This document shows, one piece after another, positions 37,786-46,660 of a DNA stretch of 64,000 bases (position 1 is its first letter; the number at the start of each line of letters is the position of its first letter). The position numbers were made by a program, and so were the translations under genes. The DNA is from Elusimicrobiota bacterium (GTDB lineage: Bacteria; Elusimicrobiota; Elusimicrobia; UBA1565), in the NCBI GenBank assembly GCA_043827405.1, contig JBDRPD010000063.1, forward strand, positions 1 through 64,000, read 5' to 3'. The notes beneath the pieces are model-generated. The model made no database searches. It was not told where the DNA came from and worked only from the letters and a program-made list of their open reading frames with translations.

Positions 37786-39309
37786 CTATGCGATCCTGAA
37801 GTACCCGACCAGGCTGCAGTGCAGCGGCCGGACGAAGTGCGTCGCTTTGGTCAGGCCGTCGCCGGTCGGTGTGCCGATCGAGAGCGTGGCGTAGCCCTCG
37901 CCCATGCCGAGCCCGTAGTAGTTGGGCGCGTTCTTGACGTAGATTGAGCAGGCCATGCGGCGCCCCATCTTGGTCAGGTTCTCGACGTTCATGGAATACA
38001 TCGAGGCCGTATGCTTGTGGCCGCCCTCGCACTTCTGCGCCAGCTCGATGGCCGCGTCGACGTCGCGCACCGACGTCACCGGCAGCACCGGCATCAGCTG
38101 CTCAGTCCACACCAGGTCATGGTCGTTGGGAACCTCGGCCCACAGCAGCCGGGTCCGCTCGGGGACGCGCAGGCCGATGCCCAGCGCGATCACGGCGGCG
38201 TCCTTGCCCACATACTCGCGGTTGAGGCGCGGCTCCTTGCAGCCCACGCCGCCCTCCTGGATCACCAGCTTGGTCAGCTCCGCGGTCTGCGGCGGCGTCA
38301 GCTCGTAGGCGCGCGGCTCGGCCCGCAGCGCCTCCAGAAAGCGCTGGCGGATCGCCTCGACCACGATGACTTCCTTCTCCGCCGTGCACAGCACGCCGTT
38401 GTCGAAGGAGGCGCCGGAAACGATATGCGACGCCGCTTCCGGCAGCTTGGCGGTCTCGTCGACCACCACCGGCGGGTTGCCGGGGCCCGCGGCGATAGTC
38501 TTGCAGGTCTTGCCGGTGGTCATCGCGACCTTGACGATCGCCGGCCCGCCGGTCACCAGGTTGACGTTGATGCGGGGATGCGCCAACAGGGCGCGCGTCC
38601 CCTCCTGCGACGGCGGGTCGGGAGTGGTGATCAGCAGGCGCGGACCACCCGCCGAGGCGATCGCCTCGTTGAGCACCCGCATCGCTTCCCGGCTGCAGTG
38701 CACCGAAGCCGGGTGAGGAGCGAAGATCACCGAGTTGCCCCCGGCGAGGATCGAGATGGCGTTGTTGATCACCGTTGAGGTCGGGTTGGTGGACGGCGTT
38801 ACCGCGCCGACGATGCCGAAGGGCGCGTACTCGACCAGAGTCAGCCCGTCGTCGCCGGTATAGGCGGTGGAATGCAGGCACTCGACCCCGGGAGTCTTGG
38901 TCGCCGCCAGCAGGTTCTTCTGCACCTTGCACTCGTAGCGCCCCATGCCGGTCTCATCGCGCGCCATGCGCGCGAGCTTTTCGGCGTTGCGGACGGCCGC
39001 CTCGCGCATCGCCCGGATAATGGCCCGGCGCTTCTTGAGGCCCATCTCCTGATACTCCGCCTGCGCCCGGGAGCTCGCCTCCACCGCCGCGTCCAGATCG
39101 GAGAAGACGAAGTCGAGCGCCGAAGGCGCTAGTCCCGACGCCCGCACGGGCGTCGGGGCCGACCTCATATTTTCCGTCTGCCCCGCGGCGCGGGGCGACG
39201 TGCTCGCCGACGCTTCGCTTACGGCTCCGCGCGTCGAAAACGCCTGCCCCGTGGCTTCCATCCGCTTGAGCACGTCGGAGACAATCCCCGCGATCTCTTG
39301 GGTATCCAT
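37786..39309 (-). CDS. CoA-acylating aldehyde dehydrogenase (EutE/PduP family) with encapsulation peptide
   Basis: APFG..GAVTPSTNP, VTGGP, AGPGNPPV, catalytic FDNGVLCTAEKE; N-terminal TQEIAGIVSDVLKRM. Confidence 0.95.
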   Translation of the reverse strand: MDTQEIAGIVSDVLKRMEATGQAFSTRGAVSEASASTSPRAAGQTENMRSAPTPVRASGLAPSALDFVFSDLDAAVEASSRAQAEYQEMGLKKRRAIIRAMREAAVRNAEKLARMARDETGMGRYECKVQKNLLAATKTPGVECLHSTAYTGDDGLTLVEYAPFGIVGAVTPSTNPTSTVINNAISILAGGNSVIFAPHPASVHCSREAMRVLNEAIASAGGPRLLITTPDPPSQEGTRALLAHPRINVNLVTGGPAIVKVAMTTGKTCKTIAAGPGNPPVVVDETAKLPEAASHIVSGASFDNGVLCTAEKEVIVVEAIRQRFLEALRAEPRAYELTPPQTAELTKLVIQEGGVGCKEPRLNREYVGKDAAVIALGIGLRVPERTRLLWAEVPNDHDLVWTEQLMPVLPVTSVRDVDAAIELAQKCEGGHKHTASMYSMNVENLTKMGRRMACSIYVKNAPNYYGLGMGEGYATLSIGTPTGDGLTKATHFVRPLHCSLVGYFRIA

Positions 39310-39319
39310 ACGCTTTCCT

Positions 39320-39637
39320 CTACGTCCTCGAGGGCTGCCCCTTATCCTTGCTCTTCTCGAAGACGAACTTGCCGCCCTTCTCCACGTAGTCCACGATCGC
39401 CACGATCGTGCAGTCCACGGGATGGCCCTCGGTCAGCGCGGTCTGCCGCGCCGATGAGCCCTGGACGAGCAGCACCAGCTCGCTTTCTCCCGCCCCGACC
39501 GCATCCACGGCGACCAGGGGGCTTCCCTTCGCTTTATCATCAAGTTCCACGGGCTGGACAACCAGCAACTTCTTGCCGACCAGCTTCTCGTCCTTGTTCG
39601 TGGAGACGATATTCCCGACGACCCGCGCGAACAGCAC
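39320..39637 (-). CDS. BMC-P (EutN/CcmL) pentameric vertex protein
   Basis: VVGNIVSTNK...LLVVQP...VAVDAVGAG...GSSAR...IVAIVD. Confidence 0.95.
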   Translation of the reverse strand: MLFARVVGNIVSTNKDEKLVGKKLLVVQPVELDDKAKGSPLVAVDAVGAGESELVLLVQGSSARQTALTEGHPVDCTIVAIVDYVEKGGKFVFEKSKDKGQPSRT

Positions 39638-39640
39638 GGC

Positions 39641-39934
39641 TTACTTGCGGCCGCGCGCTTCCGTCAAGGAGATCGGCATCCGGCCTTCGAGGTCCGGGTG
39701 CGGCTGCGGGATAACGTGCACGGAGATCAGCTCTCCGACCTTCTGCGCCGCCGCGCCGCCGGCGTCGCAGCTGGCCCGGCAGGACGCCACCTCGCCGCGA
39801 AATAGAACCGTCACCAGCCCCGTCCCGATCTTCTCGTAGCCCACCAGCTGAACGTTGGCGGCCTTCACCGCGGCGTCCGCGGCCTCGATGCAGGCGACCA
39901 GCCCGCGCGTCTCGATCATTCCCAATGCTTCCAT
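39641..39934 (-). CDS. BMC-H hexameric shell protein
   Basis: ALGMIETRG...[12 protein letters not shown]...HVIPQPH. Confidence 0.95.
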   Translation of the reverse strand: MEALGMIETRGLVACIEAADAAVKAANVQLVGYEKIGTGLVTVLFRGEVASCRASCDAGGAAAQKVGELISVHVIPQPHPDLEGRMPISLTEARGRK

Positions 39935-39952
39935 GTTGCCTCCCTAGACTTT

Positions 39953-40034
39953 TCGGTACCGGTTATTAACATTAACTTTCCATCTTAAATTCCGCTGACG
40001 CTTGCGGAAAGTTAATGTTAATAACCGGCACCGA
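39953..40034. repeat. GGTACCGG-type inverted-repeat element, subtype B copy 1
   Basis: 29-bp arms TCGGTACCGGTTATTAACATTAACTTTCC (39953-39981 and 40006-40034, 1 mismatch), 2 nt from the pduL stop. Confidence 0.9.
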
Positions 40035-40036
40035 CA

Positions 40037-40675
40037 TCATACGACGTGTACGAAATCTCCATTGCTGAGCCAGGCGGCGTTCGCCTCGTCGCTGTCGATG
40101 TGAAACTCCAGGGCGAACTTGTCCGATACCCGAGCCAGCACTTCCTCAAAGACCAGCTCGCGCTGGCCGCCGATCCCGGCGCGCACGCGGACGATCTCGC
40201 CGTCGGCGATGCCCATCCGGCGCGAATCATCCGGATGCAAATGCAGGTGCCGCTGCGCGATAATCACCGCTTCGCGCACCTCAAGCGAACCCTTGGGTCC
40301 AATAAAACGAATGGGCGCCGCCCCTTTAAGATCGCCCGAACCGCGCACCGGCGGATCCAGGCCCAGAACGCGGGCGTCCGAGCGCGAGACCTCGCTCTGG
40401 GTATGGGGCCGGTAGGGCGCGACCAGACGCACCCCGTTGATGCGGCCCTTGGGCCCTTCCATGTCCACCTTCTCCTTGGCCGCCCAAAATCCCGGCTGGC
40501 CCAACTGCCGGTGCACGGAGGGTTCCGTCCCTTTGCCGAACAGAATCTCCCAATGCTCACGGGTGATATGAAAATGCCGGTGCGAGATGCCGACCGGAAT
40601 CTTGAACTGCGAGCGCCGCAAGCCTTTATCCAGGTCCGCGGCGATCCTCGCAACCAGATCCGGCGCCGGCGCCAT
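40037..40675 (-). CDS. pduL: PduL-type phosphotransacylase
   Basis: IPVGISHRHFH, QPGFWA, P.R..TQ.EVS..DA..LG..PP.R.SGD, RHLH, HID.DEANAA. Confidence 0.92.
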   Translation of the reverse strand: MAPAPDLVARIAADLDKGLRRSQFKIPVGISHRHFHITREHWEILFGKGTEPSVHRQLGQPGFWAAKEKVDMEGPKGRINGVRLVAPYRPHTQSEVSRSDARVLGLDPPVRGSGDLKGAAPIRFIGPKGSLEVREAVIIAQRHLHLHPDDSRRMGIADGEIVRVRAGIGGQRELVFEEVLARVSDKFALEFHIDSDEANAAWLSNGDFVHVV

Positions 40676-41445
40676 CAGCTCACCGCCGCGCCCTGAAACT
40701 TGATGATGCGCAGGAATCCTTCGACCTTCAGGCTGGCGCCGCCCACCAAGGCTCCGTCCAGATCCGGATTCGCCATCAAGGAGTCGACATTATCGGACTT
40801 GACCGACCCCCCGTAGAGTATTCGCACCGAGTCCGCGAAGTTTTGGTCATAGAGCTTGGCCAGCTGCTGGCGGATGAACTTGTGCGCCTCCTGGGCCTGT
40901 TCGGGCGTGGCGGTCTTGCCGGTGCCGATCGCCCAGACCGGCTCGTAGGCGATCACCAGCGTCGCCAGCGCGGCGGCAGCGTAACCCGCCAGCGCACCCT
41001 TGACCTGAGTCTCCAGCACCCGCCAAGTCTTCTGGCTCTCCCGCTCATCGAGGGTCTCGCCGATGCAGACGATAGGAAGCAGCCCTTCCTTCAGCGCCGC
41101 ACCCAACCGCTTGTTGACGGTCTCATCCGTCTCGCCGAAATACTGGCGGCGTTCCGAATGGCCGATAATCACGGCGGCACAGCCGGCGTCCTTGATCTGG
41201 GCCGCGGAAAGCTCACCGGTATAGGCCCCATTGGGCGCCCAGTGCAGGTTCTGCGCGCCAAGCATGATCGGTCCGCCCTTTATGGTCTCGGCGACAACGG
41301 TAAGCGCCGTATAGGGCGGCGCTACCAGAATATCCGGAAGCTGCTCCCCATTCTGCAGACCTCCCAAAAGCCCCTTAACCAACTCCACCGACCCTTTCAG
41401 ATCGAGGTTCATCTTCCAATTTCCGGCGATAAGCGGACGTCGCAT
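40675..41445 (-). CDS. tpiA: Triosephosphate isomerase
   Basis: [36 protein letters not shown]; start at 41445. Confidence 0.98.
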   Translation of the reverse strand: MRRPLIAGNWKMNLDLKGSVELVKGLLGGLQNGEQLPDILVAPPYTALTVVAETIKGGPIMLGAQNLHWAPNGAYTGELSAAQIKDAGCAAVIIGHSERRQYFGETDETVNKRLGAALKEGLLPIVCIGETLDERESQKTWRVLETQVKGALAGYAAAALATLVIAYEPVWAIGTGKTATPEQAQEAHKFIRQQLAKLYDQNFADSVRILYGGSVKSDNVDSLMANPDLDGALVGGASLKVEGFLRIIKFQGAAVS

Positions 41446-41455
41446 CGTATCCCCC

Positions 41456-41531
41456 AAATGTGGCCAAATTGGCCACATTTTCAATATTTATTAATGCTCA
41501 AAGTATAGCACCCAATATAAATAATAATCAA
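41456..41531 (-). promoter_or_regulatory. Promoter and palindromic operator-like site of the tpiA-BMC operon
   Basis: TTGATT (41526-41531), 18 nt, TGc-TATACT (41502-41507); perfect palindrome AAATGTGGCCAA-A-TTGGCCACATTT (41456-41480). Confidence 0.65.
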
Positions 41532-41558
41532 TAGAAATTTAAAAGAAAACACTGTGGA

Positions 41559-41590
41559 CAAAAAATCCGCCCGCATACGCTGCGGGGCAG
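41559..41590 (-). terminator. Possible intrinsic terminator after the P-loop gene
   Basis: CCCGCA-GCGTA-TGCGGG stem followed by CGGATTTTTT. Confidence 0.45.
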
Positions 41591-41600
41591 CTTTAAAGAC

Positions 41601-41687
41601 GGTACCGGTTATTAACTTTAACATTCGGCAAGCCGAATGTTAAAGTTAATAACCGGTACCAAACAAAGTTAATACCCGGCACCAAAC
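41601..41687. repeat. GGTACCGG-type inverted-repeat element, subtype B copy 2, plus a partial third arm
   Basis: Perfect 29-bp arms GGTACCGGTTATTAACTTTAACATTCGGC (41601-41629 and 41632-41660); degenerate extra arm at 41665-41687. Confidence 0.9.
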
Positions 41688-41702
41688 GAGGGGGCTAACG
41701 GA

Positions 41703-42689
41703 CTATGATTTGACGGCCAAAGACGCGGCGGCCAACTTCTCCAGGGCGCCCTTTAGACCCTCATGCACCGCCTTGACGTCTTGCGGCTTCCAGTCCGCTT
41801 TGTCATCACGGATGAAGGTGGTCTTGTCCACCCGGTTGTCAAAGCGGGCGATCGGCAAATGGAAAGTCTTGCCATGCGCCCGGACCGTGACCGTTCCGGG
41901 CTTCTCAGCCTCTTTTTCCTGCCAGTCCATATCGTCACAGCCGTAATCGCCCAGCATAACCTCCAACGGCACGCCATGATGCAGGATCGAGCCGGGGTCA
42001 TTGGGATCAGTGCGGGCATCATTTTTGCGGCGCGACTCCTCAGGAGTAACCCAGATATAGAGGATAACCGCTTTGCTGAGGATTTCCTCGGAGAGCTGCG
42101 CCAGGGAATACTGATAGCCGAAAGGCGCGGCCAGCGGCATGGAGGAACCGTCCTTGCCGCCGCGGGCGAACTCGATAACCAGAGTCTTCCCCCCCAGGGT
42201 ATCCGGATAGCCGGCATAAAGCTCATCCTGCAGCGCCTGCGCCTCCTTCTCCAAAGCCTTGATCAGCGGCTCTCTGATGCCGGCGTCGAGACCCGCCAGG
42301 CGCGGCGGTATGCCGACCTTCGCGGAGGCCGCCTCGAGGCGGCCCAGCAGATGCTCCGCCGCCGAAGAGCAGTCATGCTTCTTCTTGGCGACCATGTCCG
42401 TATAATCTTCGTTGACGAGCTGAATCAAGGTTCCCCAGTCGCGGGGGTCCTTAAAGGACCGGTCCGCCGCAAGGAAGAAGACCCGCCCCTGCTCGAGCTT
42501 CAGCAGCTCCTCATCAACGCGGCGCATCGCATGCACGTAGATAAAATCGTCGAGCTGGGCATTGGCGCCCATATGGAAATCTCCGCGGCACTCCTCGGGG
42601 GGCAGCAGCTTGAGATATTTACGAACCTCCGACTTCCCTGACGCGGGCAGCGCCAGCAGCAGAACAGTATCCAGGACCTTGTCTGACAT
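41703..42689 (-). CDS. Uncharacterised P-loop (NMP-kinase-like) protein
   Basis: N-terminal VLLLALPASGKSE, LVIEFARG, ILYIWVTPEESRRKNDAR lid-like helix. Confidence 0.65.
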   Translation of the reverse strand: MSDKVLDTVLLLALPASGKSEVRKYLKLLPPEECRGDFHMGANAQLDDFIYVHAMRRVDEELLKLEQGRVFFLAADRSFKDPRDWGTLIQLVNEDYTDMVAKKKHDCSSAAEHLLGRLEAASAKVGIPPRLAGLDAGIREPLIKALEKEAQALQDELYAGYPDTLGGKTLVIEFARGGKDGSSMPLAAPFGYQYSLAQLSEEILSKAVILYIWVTPEESRRKNDARTDPNDPGSILHHGVPLEVMLGDYGCDDMDWQEKEAEKPGTVTVRAHGKTFHLPIARFDNRVDKTTFIRDDKADWKPQDVKAVHEGLKGALEKLAAASLAVKS

Positions 42690-42690
42690 A

Positions 42691-43827
42691 TTATTTCGCC
42701 TCCTCTATTTCTTTTGCGGCGGCCAGCTCTTTGGAGCGCTTGCGCTCGGCGGCCGTCATAAAACCCACGGCGATGAAAATGAACATCAAGGACAGCCAGT
42801 CCTGAAACTGGGGGAACTTGCCGCCGAAGAACTGCCAGCACAACAAGGTCGCCGCCGTTCCCGCGACCAGGGACGTCAGGCGGTTGACCAGCCCGGCGAA
42901 GGTCGCCGTGCGGCCCTTGAACATAAAGATGAACACTGAAAAGAACGCCACGATGCCGAACGCCGCCCCGGCCAGATTCCCGGCAAACCAGGAAGGGTGG
43001 GGCGTCAGTATCGAACCCTGGAATTCGGCAACCTGCTCGATCGATGTCGGCAGCACGAACATCAAGCCGGCGATGAGCGCGAGCGTCGTGCTCGCCGCGA
43101 TCTGCTCGATGGCGAAGAAGCCCTTGTTGTCGTAGGGCTGGCCCTTGGGGCGGGTATTCTTGTAGTAGTTCATGATGTAGATGCGCAGGGCATAAGCGCA
43201 GACATAGCTGCACAGCACCGTCAACGCCGCCGGCGACTGGAGAATGCTGATCTTGCCGGAGGCTTTGCCGGCCGCCGCCGCGAGCGCGGCCGCATCCATG
43301 AAGAACCTCTCGACATAGCCGCCGAAGATCTTGGTCCCGACCGCCAGCAGGGCGAAGACGACGCCCCAATTCTCCTCGGCATAGACCTTCTTGGTCAGAA
43401 TACCCTGGCGGATCTGAATCGAGTCGACGAATCGGCTGATCACGATGACGCTGCCGCGCATGATCACCATGGCCACCATGACCGAGACATGCTTAAACGA
43501 GTACATCAAGGTGGTCGTGGGGATAATGACCGCGGTGCAGACGCCGGACGGGATAATGTAGAGGAACTCGCTGGGGAAGGTGATGCCGGCCCAGGTAATC
43601 AGGCGGTTGGATTTCAGATAGAACCAGCGGAAGGCGATGACCCAGCCGAGACAGATGGCCGTACCGCCGAAAGTGCTGTAGGTCAGAAATACCATCCCGG
43701 ACATGCCCGGGCCGTTGGGATCGAACTGGAAGTAACGGACGGTGACTCCGGTTATAACATAGAAGACGAAATAGCCGATGCACAGCTGGATAAGCCTCAG
43801 GGTGCTGCCTTCAGCGCTCTTCCACAT
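42691..43827 (-). CDS. Uncharacterised ~10-TM membrane protein, possible DMT-superfamily transporter
   Basis: About ten hydrophobic segments in two halves; 1 nt from the P-loop gene. Confidence 0.6.
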   Translation of the reverse strand: MWKSAEGSTLRLIQLCIGYFVFYVITGVTVRYFQFDPNGPGMSGMVFLTYSTFGGTAICLGWVIAFRWFYLKSNRLITWAGITFPSEFLYIIPSGVCTAVIIPTTTLMYSFKHVSVMVAMVIMRGSVIVISRFVDSIQIRQGILTKKVYAEENWGVVFALLAVGTKIFGGYVERFFMDAAALAAAAGKASGKISILQSPAALTVLCSYVCAYALRIYIMNYYKNTRPKGQPYDNKGFFAIEQIAASTTLALIAGLMFVLPTSIEQVAEFQGSILTPHPSWFAGNLAGAAFGIVAFFSVFIFMFKGRTATFAGLVNRLTSLVAGTAATLLCWQFFGGKFPQFQDWLSLMFIFIAVGFMTAAERKRSKELAAAKEIEEAK

Positions 43828-43908
43828 AGGCCGGCCTCCGTCGCCCGGCCGGCCGAAGTCATCGGCCGGCGCAGAAACTGCGTTAGGGTAAAACGAAACT
43901 CATACGTT

Positions 43909-44508
43909 CTAGAACTGGGTCAGCGGGATGACGATCTCACGCAGGGTCCCCGGGTGATAGTCGTCCTTGTACAGCGATTTCGGGCTGCGCTTGACGCGAA
44001 ACGTCAGGACCCCCGCCTTGCGCCCCTGGATGATATCCACGTCGGAATCCCCGAAGCACATGACGTAATTGCCGTCACGCAGGTACTTGTGCTTATTGTC
44101 GCTGCCGCCGGAAAAGATAAAGTTCGTCGCCAGCATGCGCCACTCTTTACGCAGCGCGTCGCCGCCGTAGTTCGGGCGCGAGGTGATAACGGTCACCTTA
44201 AACCCCAGGACGCGAAACACCCAGGCCATGGCATAGGGCAGGGGTTTCGGACGCTCGAGATCGTAATGGGAGTTGACGATGCGCCAGAACTGGGGGCTGT
44301 AGGGCTGCACCCCGCCGGCGAAGCCCTTGGCATAGGCGGGGGTGGAGAACACAAGCGTGTCGTCGTAGTCGAAGGCGACCTTGAGCTCGCCGATCGTCAC
44401 CAGGGAAAATATCAGCCCCCAGACGCTCAGCAGCCCGACGATCTTTTTCGTCAGGGTCCAGGTCTTGTCCGCCTTGTCTTTGACGGCCTTGGCCGCGGCC
44501 TTCAGCAT
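43909..44508 (-). CDS. HAD class B acid phosphatase (AphA-like)
   Basis: VAFDYDDTLVFSTP, ITSR, FGDSDVDI, RSPKSLYK; N-terminal TM; TGATG-coupled to the nucleotidase. Confidence 0.85.
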   Translation of the reverse strand: MLKAAAKAVKDKADKTWTLTKKIVGLLSVWGLIFSLVTIGELKVAFDYDDTLVFSTPAYAKGFAGGVQPYSPQFWRIVNSHYDLERPKPLPYAMAWVFRVLGFKVTVITSRPNYGGDALRKEWRMLATNFIFSGGSDNKHKYLRDGNYVMCFGDSDVDIIQGRKAGVLTFRVKRSPKSLYKDDYHPGTLREIVIPLTQF

Positions 44509-46025
44509 CAGTCCCTCACCGTGCGCTCGTCCGCCGGCATCCGGATGGGCGAATAGTTCCGGGTGCACCATATCAGCACGTCGCGGATCAAGGTGGAGGT
44601 ATTCGCCTTGTCCCGCCCCGTCGAAAAATCATAACCGCTGCCGCCTTGGACGGCGAAATCCGGAGCGCTGACAGAGTATACCGCTTTTGGCTCCAACTTG
44701 CGCTCGCCGACCCAGGCCTGCTTGATGCGCCGCCCTTTCGCCGCCGCCGGATCGTAGAGCGCCCGCACTCCGGAGACCTCGATCCAGCCGATGTTGCCGC
44801 TGACGCCGTGGTCGAGGATATCCAGAACCGCCGCCCCGGTCATATTCAGCGTCACGAGTCGATTATCGAACGGCATGATTTCAAACATATCGCGCAGGAG
44901 CACCGGGCCGGCCTGGATATTGCCGCGCACCCCGCCGCCGTTCTGGATCGCGATATCGGTCTTGGTCCACTTGCGCATGCAGTCGGTCATCCAGCGGCCG
45001 ACGGGATCCTCTTTCTGGTAATTGCGGCTCAAGGTGTCCTCCGCCGTCCCGATCACCTCGCTAAGCCGGCGGCCGATCTCATCCTGGTAGCGCCGGACGA
45101 TCGCGGTCATTTCCGGCGCCTCCCCCCATTGATCGACCCATAGCTTGACGATGCGGCCCTCGGAGGCGACGACCTTCTTGGTCGCGGGGTCGATATCGAG
45201 AGTGACCTCGCCGACATGGGTAAGATAGCCCCAAGCCTGGACGATCAGGGCGCCGTTGACGCGCTCCGGTTTGAAGATCGGAGAATGGGTATGCGAGCCG
45301 ACGATCAGATCAATGCCGGGGACGCGCTTGGCGATGGTCTGATCGCCCAGGGTCGTCTCATGGCGGTCGCTCCCCTCATAGCCCACATGCGAGAGCAGAA
45401 CGATGATGTCGGCCCCCTGCCGCTTGAGCTCCGCGACCATGGCTTGGGCGGTCTCGATCTCGTCGCGGAACTCGAGGCCGGCGATATTCTCGGCGAAGCT
45501 GAGGGCGGGCATCTTGGTCGTGAGCAGGCCGAAGATGCCGACCTTGACCCCGGCGATTTCCTTAACGACGTAGGGCTTGAGGTAATCCGCTACCCGGTCC
45601 ATGCCTTTGGCATAGACGTTGGAACCGAGGACCGGGAAATTCATCTGCGCGACGAGCTCCTTCACCCCGTCCTCGCCGATATCGTATTCGTGGTTGCCGA
45701 CCACGGAAGCGTCGACGCGCAAGACGTTGAACACCTCGGCCATCATTTTGCCGCGCGGTATGGTTCCCTCCGGCGTGCCCTGAAACCAGTCGCCGCCGTC
45801 AAGCAGCAGCACCGGGCCCGCCTTACGGCTGCTCGCGACAAAATTCGCCAGGGCGCCGGCGCCGCCCACCTGCCGCTCCGTCTCCTTGCGATCAGGCTGG
45901 GACATAGCCCAGCCGTGGACGTCGTTGACGTGCACGACGGTCAGGCGGATGTTCTCGGCGGCCGCCGGCGCCGGAGTCAGCGCCGGAACGAGCGAAATCA
46001 GAGCGGACAGCAAGGTGGTCTTCAT
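44508..46025 (-). CDS. Secreted bifunctional 5'-nucleotidase/UDP-sugar hydrolase (UshA-like)
   Basis: Signal peptide, HVNDVHG, LDGGDWFQG, GNHEYD, LSH.G, GSHTH, NGGGVR, PFDN. Confidence 0.92.
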   Translation of the reverse strand: MKTTLLSALISLVPALTPAPAAAENIRLTVVHVNDVHGWAMSQPDRKETERQVGGAGALANFVASSRKAGPVLLLDGGDWFQGTPEGTIPRGKMMAEVFNVLRVDASVVGNHEYDIGEDGVKELVAQMNFPVLGSNVYAKGMDRVADYLKPYVVKEIAGVKVGIFGLLTTKMPALSFAENIAGLEFRDEIETAQAMVAELKRQGADIIVLLSHVGYEGSDRHETTLGDQTIAKRVPGIDLIVGSHTHSPIFKPERVNGALIVQAWGYLTHVGEVTLDIDPATKKVVASEGRIVKLWVDQWGEAPEMTAIVRRYQDEIGRRLSEVIGTAEDTLSRNYQKEDPVGRWMTDCMRKWTKTDIAIQNGGGVRGNIQAGPVLLRDMFEIMPFDNRLVTLNMTGAAVLDILDHGVSGNIGWIEVSGVRALYDPAAAKGRRIKQAWVGERKLEPKAVYSVSAPDFAVQGGSGYDFSTGRDKANTSTLIRDVLIWCTRNYSPIRMPADERTVRD

Positions 46026-46627
46026 GCGTTTTTCGCGAGGATGTCGCCGATAATCTCGGCCGCCTCGCCTCCTTTTTCAGCGGAATCGGACAGGTGACGA
46101 TACAGCTCCCGGGTTTTGAGAATCGTTACCACATTAGGGTTCTTGCACAGCTCCGCCAACGCCCGGCGATGGACGCGCTCAGCGAGGCTGCCGGTCTTGC
46201 GAACCCGTATCACATACTCCTCGCTGGCCCGCGGGCGCCCCGGCAGATGCCGCAAGGCCTCAACCAGCTCGCCGCCTTCCTCGCGCACGACCTCGGCCAG
46301 CTTGCGCAGATGCTTATCGACCGGCACCTCGAAGAGCATTATCTCGGCAGCCGCCCGCTCGGCGTAGTAGAGCATCTCGCCGACCGCTCGCGACAAGGCC
46401 GCGACATCCTCACGCGGCAGCCGCGGCGGCGATGTCCGCTCCAGGGCCTCGAGCAGGTTGGCGCGCAATTCGTCCGCCTGCCGCTCGATAGTGCGGACGA
46501 CCATGCCCTTGGCCGGATTGGGAGCGCGAACGAAGTCGGCAAACGCCGTCAGCCCCTCGAGGGTCTTCTCCGTCTGCTCGAGCAGGAGCTGATGAAAATC
46601 GTGTTTCTGCTTCTTGAAGACAAGCAC
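46022..46627 (-). CDS. DUF47/PhoU-like phosphate transport regulator
   Basis: IE.QADE...L....PREDV..LSR..; helical; GTG start, ATGA overlap with the nucleotidase. Confidence 0.75.
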   Translation of the reverse strand: MLVFKKQKHDFHQLLLEQTEKTLEGLTAFADFVRAPNPAKGMVVRTIERQADELRANLLEALERTSPPRLPREDVAALSRAVGEMLYYAERAAAEIMLFEVPVDKHLRKLAEVVREEGGELVEALRHLPGRPRASEEYVIRVRKTGSLAERVHRRALAELCKNPNVVTILKTRELYRHLSDSAEKGGEAAEIIGDILAKNA

Positions 46628-46660
46628 AGGCCGACCGCACCGCGCGGAAACGTCATTTTA

